Source: Solirubrobacteraceae bacterium
Lineage (GTDB): Bacteria > Actinomycetota > Thermoleophilia > Solirubrobacterales > Solirubrobacteraceae
DNA length: 64,000 nt
Assembly (NCBI GenBank): GCA_035938935.1
Contig: DASZGH010000084.1
Location: 10,731-74,730 of the forward strand
Direction of reading: 5' to 3'
Shown here in pieces: positions 1-9,837 of this stretch. The first letter of the stretch is position 1. Each line of letters starts with the position of its first letter. Both the position numbers and the translations under genes were made by a program. Under the pieces are notes generated by a model, which did no database searches, was not told where the DNA came from, and saw only the letters and a program-made list of their open reading frames with translations.

Positions 1-217
1 CGGCGCCGTCGACCACGATCACGCGACGGCCGATCGCGAACGTCATCGTGGCCAGCGCCAGGGCGACGGCTTCGGGGGTAGCGCCCTCGCCCGTGAGGAC
101 CTCCACGCTGCCGGCGTCGCCCTCGGCTTCCGCCAGCGCCTTCAGGCGGGCGCGCCGCTCAGCAACAGCCCCGTGATCGTCGCCGTGGATGAGGTAGGCG
201 GGCTTGAGGGCGGGCAT
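1..217 (-). CDS. holA: DNA polymerase III delta subunit, N-terminal part (runs off window)
   Basis: Manual translation from ATG at 217: MPALKPAYLIHGDDHGAVAERRARL...TMTFAIGRRVIVVDGA, typical HolA N-terminus; directly downstream of leuS. Confidence 0.8.
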   Translation of the reverse strand, partial: MPALKPAYLIHGDDHGAVAERRARLKALAEAEGDAGSVEVLTGEGATPEAVALALATMTFAIGRRVIVVDGA

Positions 218-259
218 CAAAGACGAGTCTAGGCGAGCGTGCCGACAGCGCTCCCGGGC

Positions 260-2755
260 TCAGCGCACGACCAGATTCACCAGCCGCCCAGGCACCACGA
301 CTTCCTTGACGATCTCACACCCGTCGATGTGCGCTTGCACGTTCGGCGCGGCCAAACACAGCGCCTTCAACTGCTCAACGCCTGCATCCGACGGCGCCTG
401 CACTCGATCGCGTAGCTTGCCGTTGACCTGACAGACCAGCTCGTACTGGTCTCGCTCGAGCATCTCCGGCTCTGCCTGCGGCCACGGCTGCTCCCATACG
501 CGCTCGCCGGCGAGCATGTCGTACACCTCCGCCGAGATGTGGGGGGCAAACGGGAACAGCAGAGAGGCCGCCGTCATCAACCCGAAACGCAACACATCGA
601 CGTGCACCGTCTCGCGCATGCGCGAGCATTCGTTCAAGAGCTCCATCACCGCCGCGATTGCCGTGTTGAAGGCGAAGCGGCGCATGTCTTCTGAGACCTT
701 CTCGATCGCCCAGTGCGCCTTGCGGACAAGCGTCAGGTCATCTTCGTCGAACAACTCCGGCTCACCAAAACGCTCGGCCGGCGCCAACGGCTCCCCCGCC
801 GCCCGCTCGGCCGTCTCCGCCGCCAGGCGCCACAGCCGCGCCAAGAAGCGGTGCACGCCCTCCATGCCCTCGTCCGACCAGTCGGCGTCCTGGTCGGGCG
901 GGCCGATGAAGAGGATGTAACAGCGTGCGGTGTCGGCGCCGTAACGCTCGACGATCGACGCCGGGGAGACTACGTTGCCCTTGGACTTGGACATCTTCGC
1001 GCCGTCCTTGGTGACCATTCCCTGCGTGAACAGGGCGCTGAAGGGCTCTTGAAACTGGAGGTGGCCGAGGTCCGCCAACGCCTTGCAGAAGAAGCGCGCG
1101 TACATCAGGTGCAGGATCGCGTGCTCGACACCGCCGATGTACTGGTCGACCGGCATCCACATCCGCAGCGCGGCCGGGTCCCACGCCGCGTCTTCATTGC
1201 TTGCATCGCAGTAGCGCAGGAAGTACCAGGAGGAGTCCACGAACGTGTCCATCGTGTCGGTCTCCCGTCGCGCCGGCCCGCCGCACGAGGGGCACTCGGT
1301 GGTGACCCACTCCTCGGCGCCCGCCAGCGGGCTGTGGCCGCGCGGGGCGTAGTCCTCGATGTCGGGCAACACCACCGGCAGCTGCTCGACGGGGACGGGG
1401 TGCAGCCCGCAGGAGTCGCAATAGACGATCGGGATCGGACAGCCCCAGTAGCGCTGGCGCGATACCAGCCAGTCGCGCAGGCGGTAATTCACAGACGCAT
1501 GACCCTTGCCCTCGCGATCGAGCCACTGCACAATCGCGCGCAGGGCCTCGCGGTTGCCCATGCCGTCGAAGTCGGGGTGGCTATTCACCAGCTGGCCGTC
1601 GCCCGTGTACGGCAGGCCGTCCGCGTCTCCCCCCTCCTCGGGCTTGCCTTCGATCACGCGGCGGACCGGCAGGTCGTATGCGCGCGCGAACCCGTAGTCG
1701 CGCTCGTCGTGGCCCGGCACCGCCATGATCGCGCCCGTGCCGTACTCCATCAGCACGTAGTCGGCGACGTACATCGGAATCGACTCGCCATTGACCGGGT
1801 TGAGGACCGTGCGGCCGAGCGCGACGCCCGTCTTCGGCTTCTCGAGCGATCCGCGCTCCTCGCCCGACTCGGTCAAGGCATGGTTGACGTAATCGCGCAC
1901 CGCCTGCTCCTGCGGGGTGTCCTCCACCAAGCGCAACACGTCGGGGTGCTCGGGGGCCATCACGAAGAACGTCGCTCCAAACAAAGTGTCGGGGCGCGTC
2001 GTGAACACCGGGTAGTCGATCCCGAGCTCCTCGCAGTGGAAGGTGACCTCCGCGCCCTCGGAGCGGCCGATCCAGTTGCGCTGCATCGTCTTTACGTGCT
2101 CGGGCCAGTCGATGCCGTCCAGGTCTGCCAACAGGCGCTCGGCGTAGTCGGTTATGCGGAAGAACCACTGCTCGAGTTGCTTGACTTCGACCGTCGCCCC
2201 GCAGCGCTCGCAGCAGCCGTCCACGACCTGCTCGTTGGCCAGGACCGTCTGGTCGTTGGGGCACCACTTGACAGCGGCCTCGCGCCGGTAGGCCAAGCCC
2301 GCCTCGTACAGCTGCAGGAAGATCCACTGCGTCCAGCGGTAATAAGATGGTTCGTGCGTGCCCAGCTCGCGCGACCAGTCGATCGAGATGCCCCAGGAGC
2401 GGAACTGCCGTTGAAAGGAGGCGATCGACTCGGCCGTGGAGTCGCGCGGGTGCACGCCCGTCTTGATCGCGTGATTCTCGGCGGGCAGGCCGAAGGCGTC
2501 GTAGCCCATCGGGTGCAGAACGCGGTGGCCGGTGCGGCGGTGGAAGTGGGCGATCGCGTCGCCGACCGCGTATTTCTTCAGGTGGCCGATGTGCGGCTCG
2601 CCGCTTGGGTACGGCAGCATCTCGAGCACGTAGGAGGTGTCCTCGCGACGCTCGCCCTCGCCGGGGTCGTTGGCGACTTCCCAGGTGCGCTCCTTCGCCC
2701 ACACCCGCTGCCAGCGCGGCTCTATCTCGGACGGGTCGTAACGGCGCTCTGCCAT
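260..2755 (-). CDS. leuS: Leucine--tRNA ligase
   Basis: [11 protein letters not shown] and KMSKS motifs, editing domain with GTG...PGHDERD; start MAERRYDP at 2755. Confidence 0.97.
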   Translation of the reverse strand: MAERRYDPSEIEPRWQRVWAKERTWEVANDPGEGERREDTSYVLEMLPYPSGEPHIGHLKKYAVGDAIAHFHRRTGHRVLHPMGYDAFGLPAENHAIKTGVHPRDSTAESIASFQRQFRSWGISIDWSRELGTHEPSYYRWTQWIFLQLYEAGLAYRREAAVKWCPNDQTVLANEQVVDGCCERCGATVEVKQLEQWFFRITDYAERLLADLDGIDWPEHVKTMQRNWIGRSEGAEVTFHCEELGIDYPVFTTRPDTLFGATFFVMAPEHPDVLRLVEDTPQEQAVRDYVNHALTESGEERGSLEKPKTGVALGRTVLNPVNGESIPMYVADYVLMEYGTGAIMAVPGHDERDYGFARAYDLPVRRVIEGKPEEGGDADGLPYTGDGQLVNSHPDFDGMGNREALRAIVQWLDREGKGHASVNYRLRDWLVSRQRYWGCPIPIVYCDSCGLHPVPVEQLPVVLPDIEDYAPRGHSPLAGAEEWVTTECPSCGGPARRETDTMDTFVDSSWYFLRYCDASNEDAAWDPAALRMWMPVDQYIGGVEHAILHLMYARFFCKALADLGHLQFQEPFSALFTQGMVTKDGAKMSKSKGNVVSPASIVERYGADTARCYILFIGPPDQDADWSDEGMEGVHRFLARLWRLAAETAERAAGEPLAPAERFGEPELFDEDDLTLVRKAHWAIEKVSEDMRRFAFNTAIAAVMELLNECSRMRETVHVDVLRFGLMTAASLLFPFAPHISAEVYDMLAGERVWEQPWPQAEPEMLERDQYELVCQVNGKLRDRVQAPSDAGVEQLKALCLAAPNVQAHIDGCEIVKEVVVPGRLVNLVVR

Positions 2756-2863
2756 TGGACAGCGCAGGTTAGCGACAGGCCCGCGCAGCCGACAGCGTCC
2801 GGGTCCGCACACATGCGGACCGGTCATCCATTGCCTCAGAACTTGTCGGACAGCCAGCAGACA

Positions 2864-3505
2864 TCAGGCGGACTGTTCGGCAAAACGCGAGTGGGCGCGC
2901 ACAACCTCCACGATCTCGACTGGCGCCTTTTGCGGCGAACCGGCATCGAACGGCGGCTCGGGGTCGTACTCGATGCCCAACTGGATCGCCTGGGCAAGCC
3001 GCTCCCCGCCGATGCGGGCGGCGAGCCCGAGCGCCATGTCGATCCCGGCGGTGACGCCCGCCGATGTGGCGAGCTTGCCGTCGAAGACGACGCGCTCGGG
3101 CACGGCGTCGACGCCGAGGGCGCGCAGCTGCTCGATCGCCTGCCAGTTGCTGGTGGCGCGTCTGCCATCGAGCAGGCCGGCGGCGGCGAGCACGAGCGAG
3201 CCGGTGCACACCGAAGTGGTCCACTTCGTCGTCTCGTGCACCTCGCGCAGCCACTCGTGCACCGGGCCGTCCTGCATCAGCGCCGACTGCCCGGGGCCGC
3301 CGGGGACGAGCACCAGCTCGGGGCTCGGCGTCTCCGCCAATCCCGCCTCCGCCATCAGCGTCAGCTGGCGCGTGTCGGTGCACACCGGGCCCGGCCGCTC
3401 GGCCACGAACGTCACGCGCGCGTCGGGCAGGCGGCTGAGCACCTCGTATGGGCCGACGGCATCTAGCGCCGTGAAGCGGTCGTACAGCAGGATCGCGATC
3501 TCCAT
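2864..3505 (-). CDS. DJ-1/PfpI family protein (isonitrile hydratase-like)
   Basis: FTALDAVGPYEVL, SVCTGS nucleophile elbow, TSAGVTAGID, IEYDPEPPF. Confidence 0.88.
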   Translation of the reverse strand: MEIAILLYDRFTALDAVGPYEVLSRLPDARVTFVAERPGPVCTDTRQLTLMAEAGLAETPSPELVLVPGGPGQSALMQDGPVHEWLREVHETTKWTTSVCTGSLVLAAAGLLDGRRATSNWQAIEQLRALGVDAVPERVVFDGKLATSAGVTAGIDMALGLAARIGGERLAQAIQLGIEYDPEPPFDAGSPQKAPVEIVEVVRAHSRFAEQSA

Positions 3506-3570
3506 TGTTCTCCGGCTCCTTGATGGTTGGATTTTGGCTTACTCGCAGCAGAACCGCGCACCGCTCCACG

Positions 3571-4581
3571 TCACGCGGCCACCGGTCCACCTCGCGCGTG
3601 CTCGCCTGGGTAAAAGCGGCGGCGGTACTCGGCCGGGCCGACCGCGAGCGCACGTAGGAAGGCGCGGCGCATCGTCTCGGGCGTACCGAAGCCACACACC
3701 CGCGCGATCTCGGCGACCGGGGCTTTGTCGTCCTCGAGCGCGCGGCGAGCGGCCTCCAGACGCACGCTCTCGACGTAGCGGGCCGGGGTCACGCCCGTCT
3801 CGGCGCGGAAGGAGCGCGCGAAGTGGCGCGGGGACATGTGCGCGCGCTCGGCCAGCGCCTCCACCGACAGGTCCCCGCCGGGGTGCTCGACGATGTGGCG
3901 GCGCACCTCGCGCAGCGGCTCGCGCACCGGCTCCTGCGCGGCGAGCGTCGCGCTGAACTGCGACTGGTTGCCGGGGCGGCGCAGGAACAGGACGAGGTGG
4001 CGCGCGATCGTCAGCGCCGCCTCGCGATCGAGGTCTTCCTCGACCAGCGCCAAGGCGAGATCCATGCCGGCCGTCACGCCCGCCGATGTCCACACGTTTC
4101 CGTCGCGCAGGTAGATCGGCTCCGGATCGACTCGCACCGCCGGATACAGGCGCGCGAGCTCGGCCGCCGAGGCCCAGTGCGTGGTGGCACGGCGGCCGTC
4201 GAGCAGGCCCGCCGCCGCCAGCAGGAACGCGCCGGTGCAGACCGAGGCCGTGCGCCGCGCTCGCCGCGAGGCGGCGGCGATCCACTCGAGCGTCGCGGGG
4301 TCGGCGCTGGCCGCGCGCGAGCCGTGGCCGCCAGCCAGGACCAGCGTGTCGATGCGTCGGGGGGCGTCGGCGAAGCCGTGGTGCGGCGTCAACTGCAGAC
4401 CACTCGACGTCTGCAGCGGCTTGCCGTCGCAGCTAACCACCACGACCTCGTAGCCACGGTCGGCGCGACCGGCCACCTCGATCAGCGTCTGCGCCGCCGA
4501 GAAGACCTCGAGCGGGCCGGTTACATCGAGGCTCTGGACCTGGGGAAAGGCGAGGATGGCGACGGTGCGCGGGGATGGCAT
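3571..4581 (-). CDS. GlxA-family transcriptional regulator (DJ-1 domain + AraC HTH)
   Basis: LDVTGPLEVF, SVCTGAF, TSAGVTAGMD, C-terminal AraC double HTH; upstream of its DJ-1 partner. Confidence 0.9.
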   Translation of the reverse strand: MPSPRTVAILAFPQVQSLDVTGPLEVFSAAQTLIEVAGRADRGYEVVVVSCDGKPLQTSSGLQLTPHHGFADAPRRIDTLVLAGGHGSRAASADPATLEWIAAASRRARRTASVCTGAFLLAAAGLLDGRRATTHWASAAELARLYPAVRVDPEPIYLRDGNVWTSAGVTAGMDLALALVEEDLDREAALTIARHLVLFLRRPGNQSQFSATLAAQEPVREPLREVRRHIVEHPGGDLSVEALAERAHMSPRHFARSFRAETGVTPARYVESVRLEAARRALEDDKAPVAEIARVCGFGTPETMRRAFLRALAVGPAEYRRRFYPGEHARGGPVAA

Positions 4582-4654
4582 GTAGCGATCATCCTCTGCA
4601 TCGATCCTGTCCGCAAGGACAGATATCCAACAATTCCTGCCAACACCAAATGGG

Positions 4655-6508
4655 TCAGCCGCGTGGCGCAGCGCTCACACGAGCGGCGCCAATCACGCCA
4701 CCCTGCGCGTCGAGCGCCTGCACGACCAGCACGGGCGGCGCGGCCGAGACCGCGATCGTCGTCTCAAAGCCCGCGCTCGAAACCGTCTTCAGAGGAGCCA
4801 ACCTGGACGCGTCCGGGCCGCCCAGCACTCGCCAGCCGGCGGTCGCGGTCGAGCCGTTCCAGCTGGCGCAGACAAGCGAGACCGCGCTAGACGAGCGGGG
4901 GGCCTGCACAGCTGTCGGGTGGGTCGCCGGGGTCGCACTCCACGTGTACTTGAACGCGGTGTAGGACTGGTACTTGGCCGGCATGCGAGCATCGAACAGC
5001 AGTTCGCCGGTCGCGCTGTATTCCGAAAGGTACGGTTCCTGCCCCCAGCCGACGAACCAGCTGCCATCCGGCAGCGGCTGGAAATCGCCCTGGCTGGGGA
5101 CGACCAGCGGCTTGGGGTGAGCGAAGCTCGAGACGAGCTTCGCTGTCATCGTCCTCGGGTCCAGGCGCAGGACGATCACGCGCGATTGCTTGTGCACCGC
5201 CGGGGTCGCGCCGTTATCGAAGAAGGAGACGGCGCCGGCGCCCTCGACGCGCAGGTCGTGCTGCCAGGCCGGGCTAGCGCCGGGACCCATCCGGAAACTC
5301 GATTCCTTGCCGCCGAGGCGCCAGACCACCTTGCCCGTGCTCGGGTCTATGAAGTAGCCCGCCCACGTGTTGCGCGAGTCGACGAGCAGGTGTTCCCCCG
5401 CTTCGGCGGCGACATTGATGTGAAACCAGTCCCACGGCGAGACTCGTGTGCCGTTCTTTTCCATCGGGACGTAGGAGTCGGACATCGACACGTGGTCCAG
5501 AGCGTGCCACTCGTAACGGACCAGGCCCGTCTTCAAGTCGACCTCCTGCAGCACGGTGTCGGCGACCGCTCCGTCGGCCGGGCCCCCGTAGTGGGAGAGG
5601 TCGCAGCGCACGGCGTCGAACACGGTGAACAGCGCCGTGCCGCGTGGGGCGATCTGGAAGGCGTGGAGGTCGGGCTCGTAGCCATTGCCGGCCCGCACGA
5701 CCTTGATCGTGCGGTAAGAGGTATCGGCGATCACGACCGCGCCATCGCGACGTCCACCGGAGACGTAGGGCTCCTGCCACCACGTCAACACCGGGCGGCC
5801 TTCGTAGCGCTGCACTCGCAGGTTGGCCGCCCTCTCCCCCTTCGGGATCGGCTTGAACCAGACCAGATGGCCCGCGCCGTCGATGATCATCGGGCCGTAC
5901 TGGCCCGGGCCCGCGTAGGGGGCGAGGAACACATACCCGGGCGCACGCGAGGGGCCGCGCGAGACCGTCACCGTCGGCGGGCGCAGGTCCGGGCGCGAGA
6001 CGAAATGCTGCAGTTCGCCGTACTTCGGCGGCGGCGGCGGCGGCGGCGGGGACTCCAGCGAGCGGCTGGTCGAGTCGCGCTCGGCGACTGTGAAACGCCA
6101 CGACACCGGCAGGCGCCGACCTGCACGCAGCAATGTGGCGCGCACGCTGACCTGCTCGCCCTGGTCGAAGAAACGGTCCGGCACGAAGCTGGCGCCATCA
6201 CCCTGCGAGTAGGCGAGCAGACGGCCCGTGTGCCGGCCGCTGCGCGAGCCGGTGACGCTCAGGTCGGCGATCTCGGTAGCCGGCACGCCCAGCAGGCTGA
6301 TCTGCGTTTCGTGCGAGGAGTCGCGCGTGTCCGGACCGGGCGAGACGGTCAGGGCGCCGCCGGCCAGCGCCGCGGAAGCGTTGAGCGTGCGCGGCGCGCA
6401 CGATGGCGCGGGATGCGCTCCGCCGGTCGAGCTGGCCACGGAGACGATCGCCACGACGGCGACGAGCGCCAGCACGCCGGCGCCAGCGCGGGCTCTGCGA
6501 GAGGGCAT
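4655..6508 (-). CDS. Secreted arylsulfotransferase (ASST)-family beta-propeller protein
   Basis: Signal peptide after MPSRR (6508); DWFHINV, WQHDLR, FFDNG, SQGDFQ motifs of ASST-like proteins. Confidence 0.75.
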   Translation of the reverse strand: MPSRRARAGAGVLALVAVVAIVSVASSTGGAHPAPSCAPRTLNASAALAGGALTVSPGPDTRDSSHETQISLLGVPATEIADLSVTGSRSGRHTGRLLAYSQGDGASFVPDRFFDQGEQVSVRATLLRAGRRLPVSWRFTVAERDSTSRSLESPPPPPPPPKYGELQHFVSRPDLRPPTVTVSRGPSRAPGYVFLAPYAGPGQYGPMIIDGAGHLVWFKPIPKGERAANLRVQRYEGRPVLTWWQEPYVSGGRRDGAVVIADTSYRTIKVVRAGNGYEPDLHAFQIAPRGTALFTVFDAVRCDLSHYGGPADGAVADTVLQEVDLKTGLVRYEWHALDHVSMSDSYVPMEKNGTRVSPWDWFHINVAAEAGEHLLVDSRNTWAGYFIDPSTGKVVWRLGGKESSFRMGPGASPAWQHDLRVEGAGAVSFFDNGATPAVHKQSRVIVLRLDPRTMTAKLVSSFAHPKPLVVPSQGDFQPLPDGSWFVGWGQEPYLSEYSATGELLFDARMPAKYQSYTAFKYTWSATPATHPTAVQAPRSSSAVSLVCASWNGSTATAGWRVLGGPDASRLAPLKTVSSAGFETTIAVSAAPPVLVVQALDAQGGVIGAARVSAAPRG

Positions 6509-6594
6509 CGGCAAGGCCGGCAAGGATACGCCGCCGCGCCGGCGGGAAGCGCCGTAGGAGACGCACGCGGCGAATCGACGGTTACCATCAACCG

Positions 6595-7533
6595 ATGGGC
6601 TTAGGCGACACCTCAGAGCGCGTCCGCAGCATCCTCGACGCGGCCGAGCGCGCCGCCCGCGAGCTGCGCGAGCGGGCCGAGCAGCGCGCCGCCGAGCGCA
6701 TCGCCGAGGCCGACCGCGCCGCCGCCAACCGCGTCGAGGCGGCAGAGCGCGAGGCCCAGGAGATCCTCGCCGACGCCCGCGCCCGGGCCGAGCAGGCACG
6801 CAACGAGGCATTGGCCGCCGTCGGCTCGATCCACGCGGAGGCAGAGAGCGCACTGTCGGGCGCCCGCGCGCAAGGCGCAGCGATCACCGTGGAGGCCGAC
6901 GAAAGCGCCCAGCGCACCGTCGAGGCCGCACGCGAGCGGGCCGAGCGCAATCTCGCTGAGGCCGGCGAGAAGGCCGAGCATGCGCTGGCAGACGCCCGCC
7001 AGCGGGCCGACCACACCATCGCCGCGGCGAACGAGCACGCCACACAGACACTCGACTCGGCGCGCGCGCAGGCCCAAGCCACCCTGGCTGCTGCCGAGGC
7101 ACGAGCCGAGAAGACGCTCAATGCCGCTGCCGAACGCGCTCAGCAGGCCACGGCGAACGCGGAGCGTGAGCTCGCCCGGCGTCAGGCCGACGCCAAGGAG
7201 AAGGCCGGCGAGACCCGCGCCAAGGCCCGCTCGGACGCCCGCGAGATCGTCGGCGAGGCGCACGCTCGCGCCCGCGAAGTCCTGCGCGACGGCGAGGAGG
7301 TCTCGCGCAACCTGCGTGACTTGTCGAGCTCGCTACGGACCAATGCCGAGCGGCTGATACGCGACGTGCGGCTGACGCACGGAAGCATGATCGCGCGCCT
7401 GGATCAGGCCGCGCCGGAGGCGGCGAAAACCAGGAGCCCAGTCGAGCAGAGCCGCAGCCCACGCCGGCGGGGCGGCGACCGCGATGAGCCCGGCGACGAT
7501 CTGGACGTGCCAGAGTTCGTTCCGCGTGGCTGA
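6595..7533 (+). CDS. Ala/Glu/Arg-rich coiled-coil protein (DivIVA/FilP-like) with acidic C-terminal peptide
   Basis: Heptad-like AE/AR repeats over about 250 aa; TACCAT -10 box 6 nt before ATG (leaderless); ends DDLDVPEFVPRG. Confidence 0.7.
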   Translation: MGLGDTSERVRSILDAAERAARELRERAEQRAAERIAEADRAAANRVEAAEREAQEILADARARAEQARNEALAAVGSIHAEAESALSGARAQGAAITVEADESAQRTVEAARERAERNLAEAGEKAEHALADARQRADHTIAAANEHATQTLDSARAQAQATLAAAEARAEKTLNAAAERAQQATANAERELARRQADAKEKAGETRAKARSDAREIVGEAHARAREVLRDGEEVSRNLRDLSSSLRTNAERLIRDVRLTHGSMIARLDQAAPEAAKTRSPVEQSRSPRRRGGDRDEPGDDLDVPEFVPRG

Positions 7534-7575
7534 TTGTCCTCGCGAAGCTCCCAGCCAACCCCCGCTCGAAGCCGA

Positions 7576-7581
7576 TAGAAT
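7576..7581 (+). promoter_or_regulatory. -10 box of tRNA-Ala promoter
   Basis: TAGAAT 10 nt upstream of mature tRNA 5' end. Confidence 0.55.
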
Positions 7582-7591
7582 CACGGTGCCT

Positions 7592-7664
<73 letters not shown>

Positions 7665-7777
7665 TCGCGGAAGGTCTTGCACGCGGTACCGTTCGAGCCT
7701 CTGAATGCAGGGAACCGCCACTCACGCGGCGTGTCAATCCGGTCGACGTTGATCGTGGATGCCGATATCCCTCGGCG

Positions 7778-8230
7778 CTATCTGTTGGCGAAGAACGACA
7801 GCAGGCAGGTGCCGAAGGTCAGTTCGCCGTCGTTATCGCGCTTGGTGCCTCCGACAGCGAAGACGATGTCCAGCCCCCCGGTCATCGTGTGACCCGCTTG
7901 GTGGATCGTCACTTTGACCGTCGAGACGCCGCCGCTGGTCTTTGGCGTGCTCTTGCCGACGATCCAGTTTGTGTAGCCGCCACGGCTCGTCGTGATCAGC
8001 TTCTGAGTGCCGGAGACGGTGATCGTGCCAGTGCCGCAACCTTCTTCGGGGCCCGGTGTCAAGCGGAGACCGGAGATCGACTTCTGGTTACGACCGACGG
8101 TGAAGCCACCCGTACTCCCGATCTTCCACTTGCCAGCCGCTGGACGCGGGGACGCCGAGCTCGCGAGCGCCACCACCGGAGCGATGACGGCGGGCGCGAG
8201 GACCATAGTGATAAGGCGTCCGGCACGCAT
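7778..8230 (-). CDS. Secreted hypothetical beta-rich protein
   Basis: N-terminal signal peptide, Gly/Thr-rich body, two Cys. Confidence 0.6.
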   Translation of the reverse strand: MRAGRLITMVLAPAVIAPVVALASSASPRPAAGKWKIGSTGGFTVGRNQKSISGLRLTPGPEEGCGTGTITVSGTQKLITTSRGGYTNWIVGKSTPKTSGGVSTVKVTIHQAGHTMTGGLDIVFAVGGTKRDNDGELTFGTCLLSFFANR

Positions 8231-8518
8231 TGGGCGAGTATATGTGGGCGGTCACGCAGTTCGCAAGGGCTGCTTGAGACACGCTGCTTACATCAGCCCG
8301 CCAGGCCAGACCCATTCCCGTCGAGCGAAATGCACTCTCCAGAACCCGCGCGTGGCGGTTCGCGTTAACTTCGGCTGGCTCCGCTGTGGCGAGCAGATGA
8401 TCGGCTTGTACTGCCGCTCCGGTGCCGAGACGTGATGAGTCGCGTGGCGTTCATTCCGGCGTAGGTCAGCCGTCTGCTGTACGGTTCGTCGGCTGGATTC
8501 GCTCTATAAGAACGAGAC

Positions 8519-9103
8519 ATGGCTACTCGAAAGACAAGCAAGAAGTCGCTGCTCAGCGGTAAGTCGCCGGTTCCTGCGGCTGTGCTAGCCGCCGTGATCG
8601 AGAGACCGGGCTACGGCTGGGACGTGGCTAATCGCGCCAAGCGTCGCTTGGGCTCGTCGTGGCGGATCGACCGGAAACACATCTACTCCTACCTAGAGCG
8701 CCTCGAAGACGACGGTCTGGTTCGGTCGCAGAGGGAGCCTGCCGGGCAGAGGGACGAAATGCGCGATGTCTACTACGCGACCGAGAAGGGCGAAGAAGCC
8801 CGCCGGGAGTGGCGCACGATGCCACTCAAACAGGGCGTCATCCCGACCGACTTGGACGTGCGGCTGCTGTTCTCGACCGAGGAGGACATCCCCGACCTCT
8901 TGGAGAGATTCGCTGAACGTGCGGAGCGGATTCTCGAAGAAATCGAGGACGCGGAAGCCGACGAGACGCCTCATGTTTCTTACCTGGCGCTGGTCATCAA
9001 CGCGCAGCGCGCGTCGGTGGAGCGGCGTTTGCGCGCTGAGCTGGAATGGCTGGAGGACACGCGGCGGGAACTTGAACTGGTGCGCGACCAGCTGAGTCGA
9101 TGA
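8519..9103 (+). CDS. PadR-family transcriptional regulator
   Basis: PGYGWDV...HIYSYLERLEDDGLV...YYATEKGEEARREW winged HTH plus helical C-terminus. Confidence 0.85.
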   Translation: MATRKTSKKSLLSGKSPVPAAVLAAVIERPGYGWDVANRAKRRLGSSWRIDRKHIYSYLERLEDDGLVRSQREPAGQRDEMRDVYYATEKGEEARREWRTMPLKQGVIPTDLDVRLLFSTEEDIPDLLERFAERAERILEEIEDAEADETPHVSYLALVINAQRASVERRLRAELEWLEDTRRELELVRDQLSR

Positions 9104-9837
9104 GCCTTCTGGCATTCCGAGGGGTGAGCAAGCGCTTCGTTGACGGTGGCGAGCAGATCACGGTCTTGGATCGCGTCTCTTTCGATATCGAGGCTGGCGA
9201 GACGGTGGGTTTGATCGCTTCGCGTCGAGGCGGCAAGACCACGCTGTTGAAGGTTGCTGCCGGCCTGATCGCGCCCGATGAGGGCAGTGTCTTATGGGAT
9301 GACGTGGAGCTGACGAGCATGAGCTGCGATGAGGTGGCGGTGACTCACCGCGAAGATGGCATCGCCTATGCCCGTGGCGACTGGCGCACTAGCCGTTCGA
9401 TGTCGGTCATGGATTTCATCACCGTCTCGCTGCATGGCGGTGTAGCGACCGGGCAAGAAGCCGAGGATCGCGCCGCCAAGACGCTTGAGCTGCTGGGCGC
9501 GGCACATCTGGCGCGCGGGCGCACGACCAAACTTGGCATGAGCGAGCGCTTGATCGTGGAGTTGGCGCGCGCGGTTGCGCACAAACCGCGCCTACTGCTG
9601 ATGGACGAGCCGGCGGTGCTGCGCAATCCCGACCACGCCAGGGAGTTCTACGAACTGCTGCGCTGCTTGCCGAAGAAGATCGGCTGTGCGCTCTTGATCG
9701 CCTCCGAAGAAATCGCGCCGCTGCGCGGCTGCAAACCGATGATGAACTTGTCTGACGGCAGGTTGACCTCGCCCACGAACAGGCGGAGGGTGATCGAGTT
9801 CCCCGGCGGTCGCTCGCCAGGGAATCGGGCGTCGTGA
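9100..9837 (+). CDS. ABC ATPase-like subunit with degenerate motifs
   Basis: Walker A ASRRGGKTT, signature LGMSE, Walker B LLLMDEP, H-loop ASEE; ATGA overlap with padR. Confidence 0.8.
   Translation: MSLLAFRGVSKRFVDGGEQITVLDRVSFDIEAGETVGLIASRRGGKTTLLKVAAGLIAPDEGSVLWDDVELTSMSCDEVAVTHREDGIAYARGDWRTSRSMSVMDFITVSLHGGVATGQEAEDRAAKTLELLGAAHLARGRTTKLGMSERLIVELARAVAHKPRLLLMDEPAVLRNPDHAREFYELLRCLPKKIGCALLIASEEIAPLRGCKPMMNLSDGRLTSPTNRRRVIEFPGGRSPGNRAS

Noticed and set aside
2756-2863. T-box or other leader riboswitch upstream of leuS (also checked valS)
   Set aside because: No T-box consensus; both genes have a TAnnnT box about 10 nt before the ATG, implying very short leaders.
713-3466. 917-aa plus-strand ORF and similar long antisense ORFs (e.g. 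38356-40173, 26657-28129, 53169-54455)
   Set aside because: Shadow frames opposite well-supported genes; stop codons are scarce in high-GC coding DNA and no motifs are present.
6030-6050. (GGC)n run in the arylsulfotransferase gene
   Set aside because: Encodes an ordinary polyproline linker; a triplet repeat cannot phase-shift the frame.
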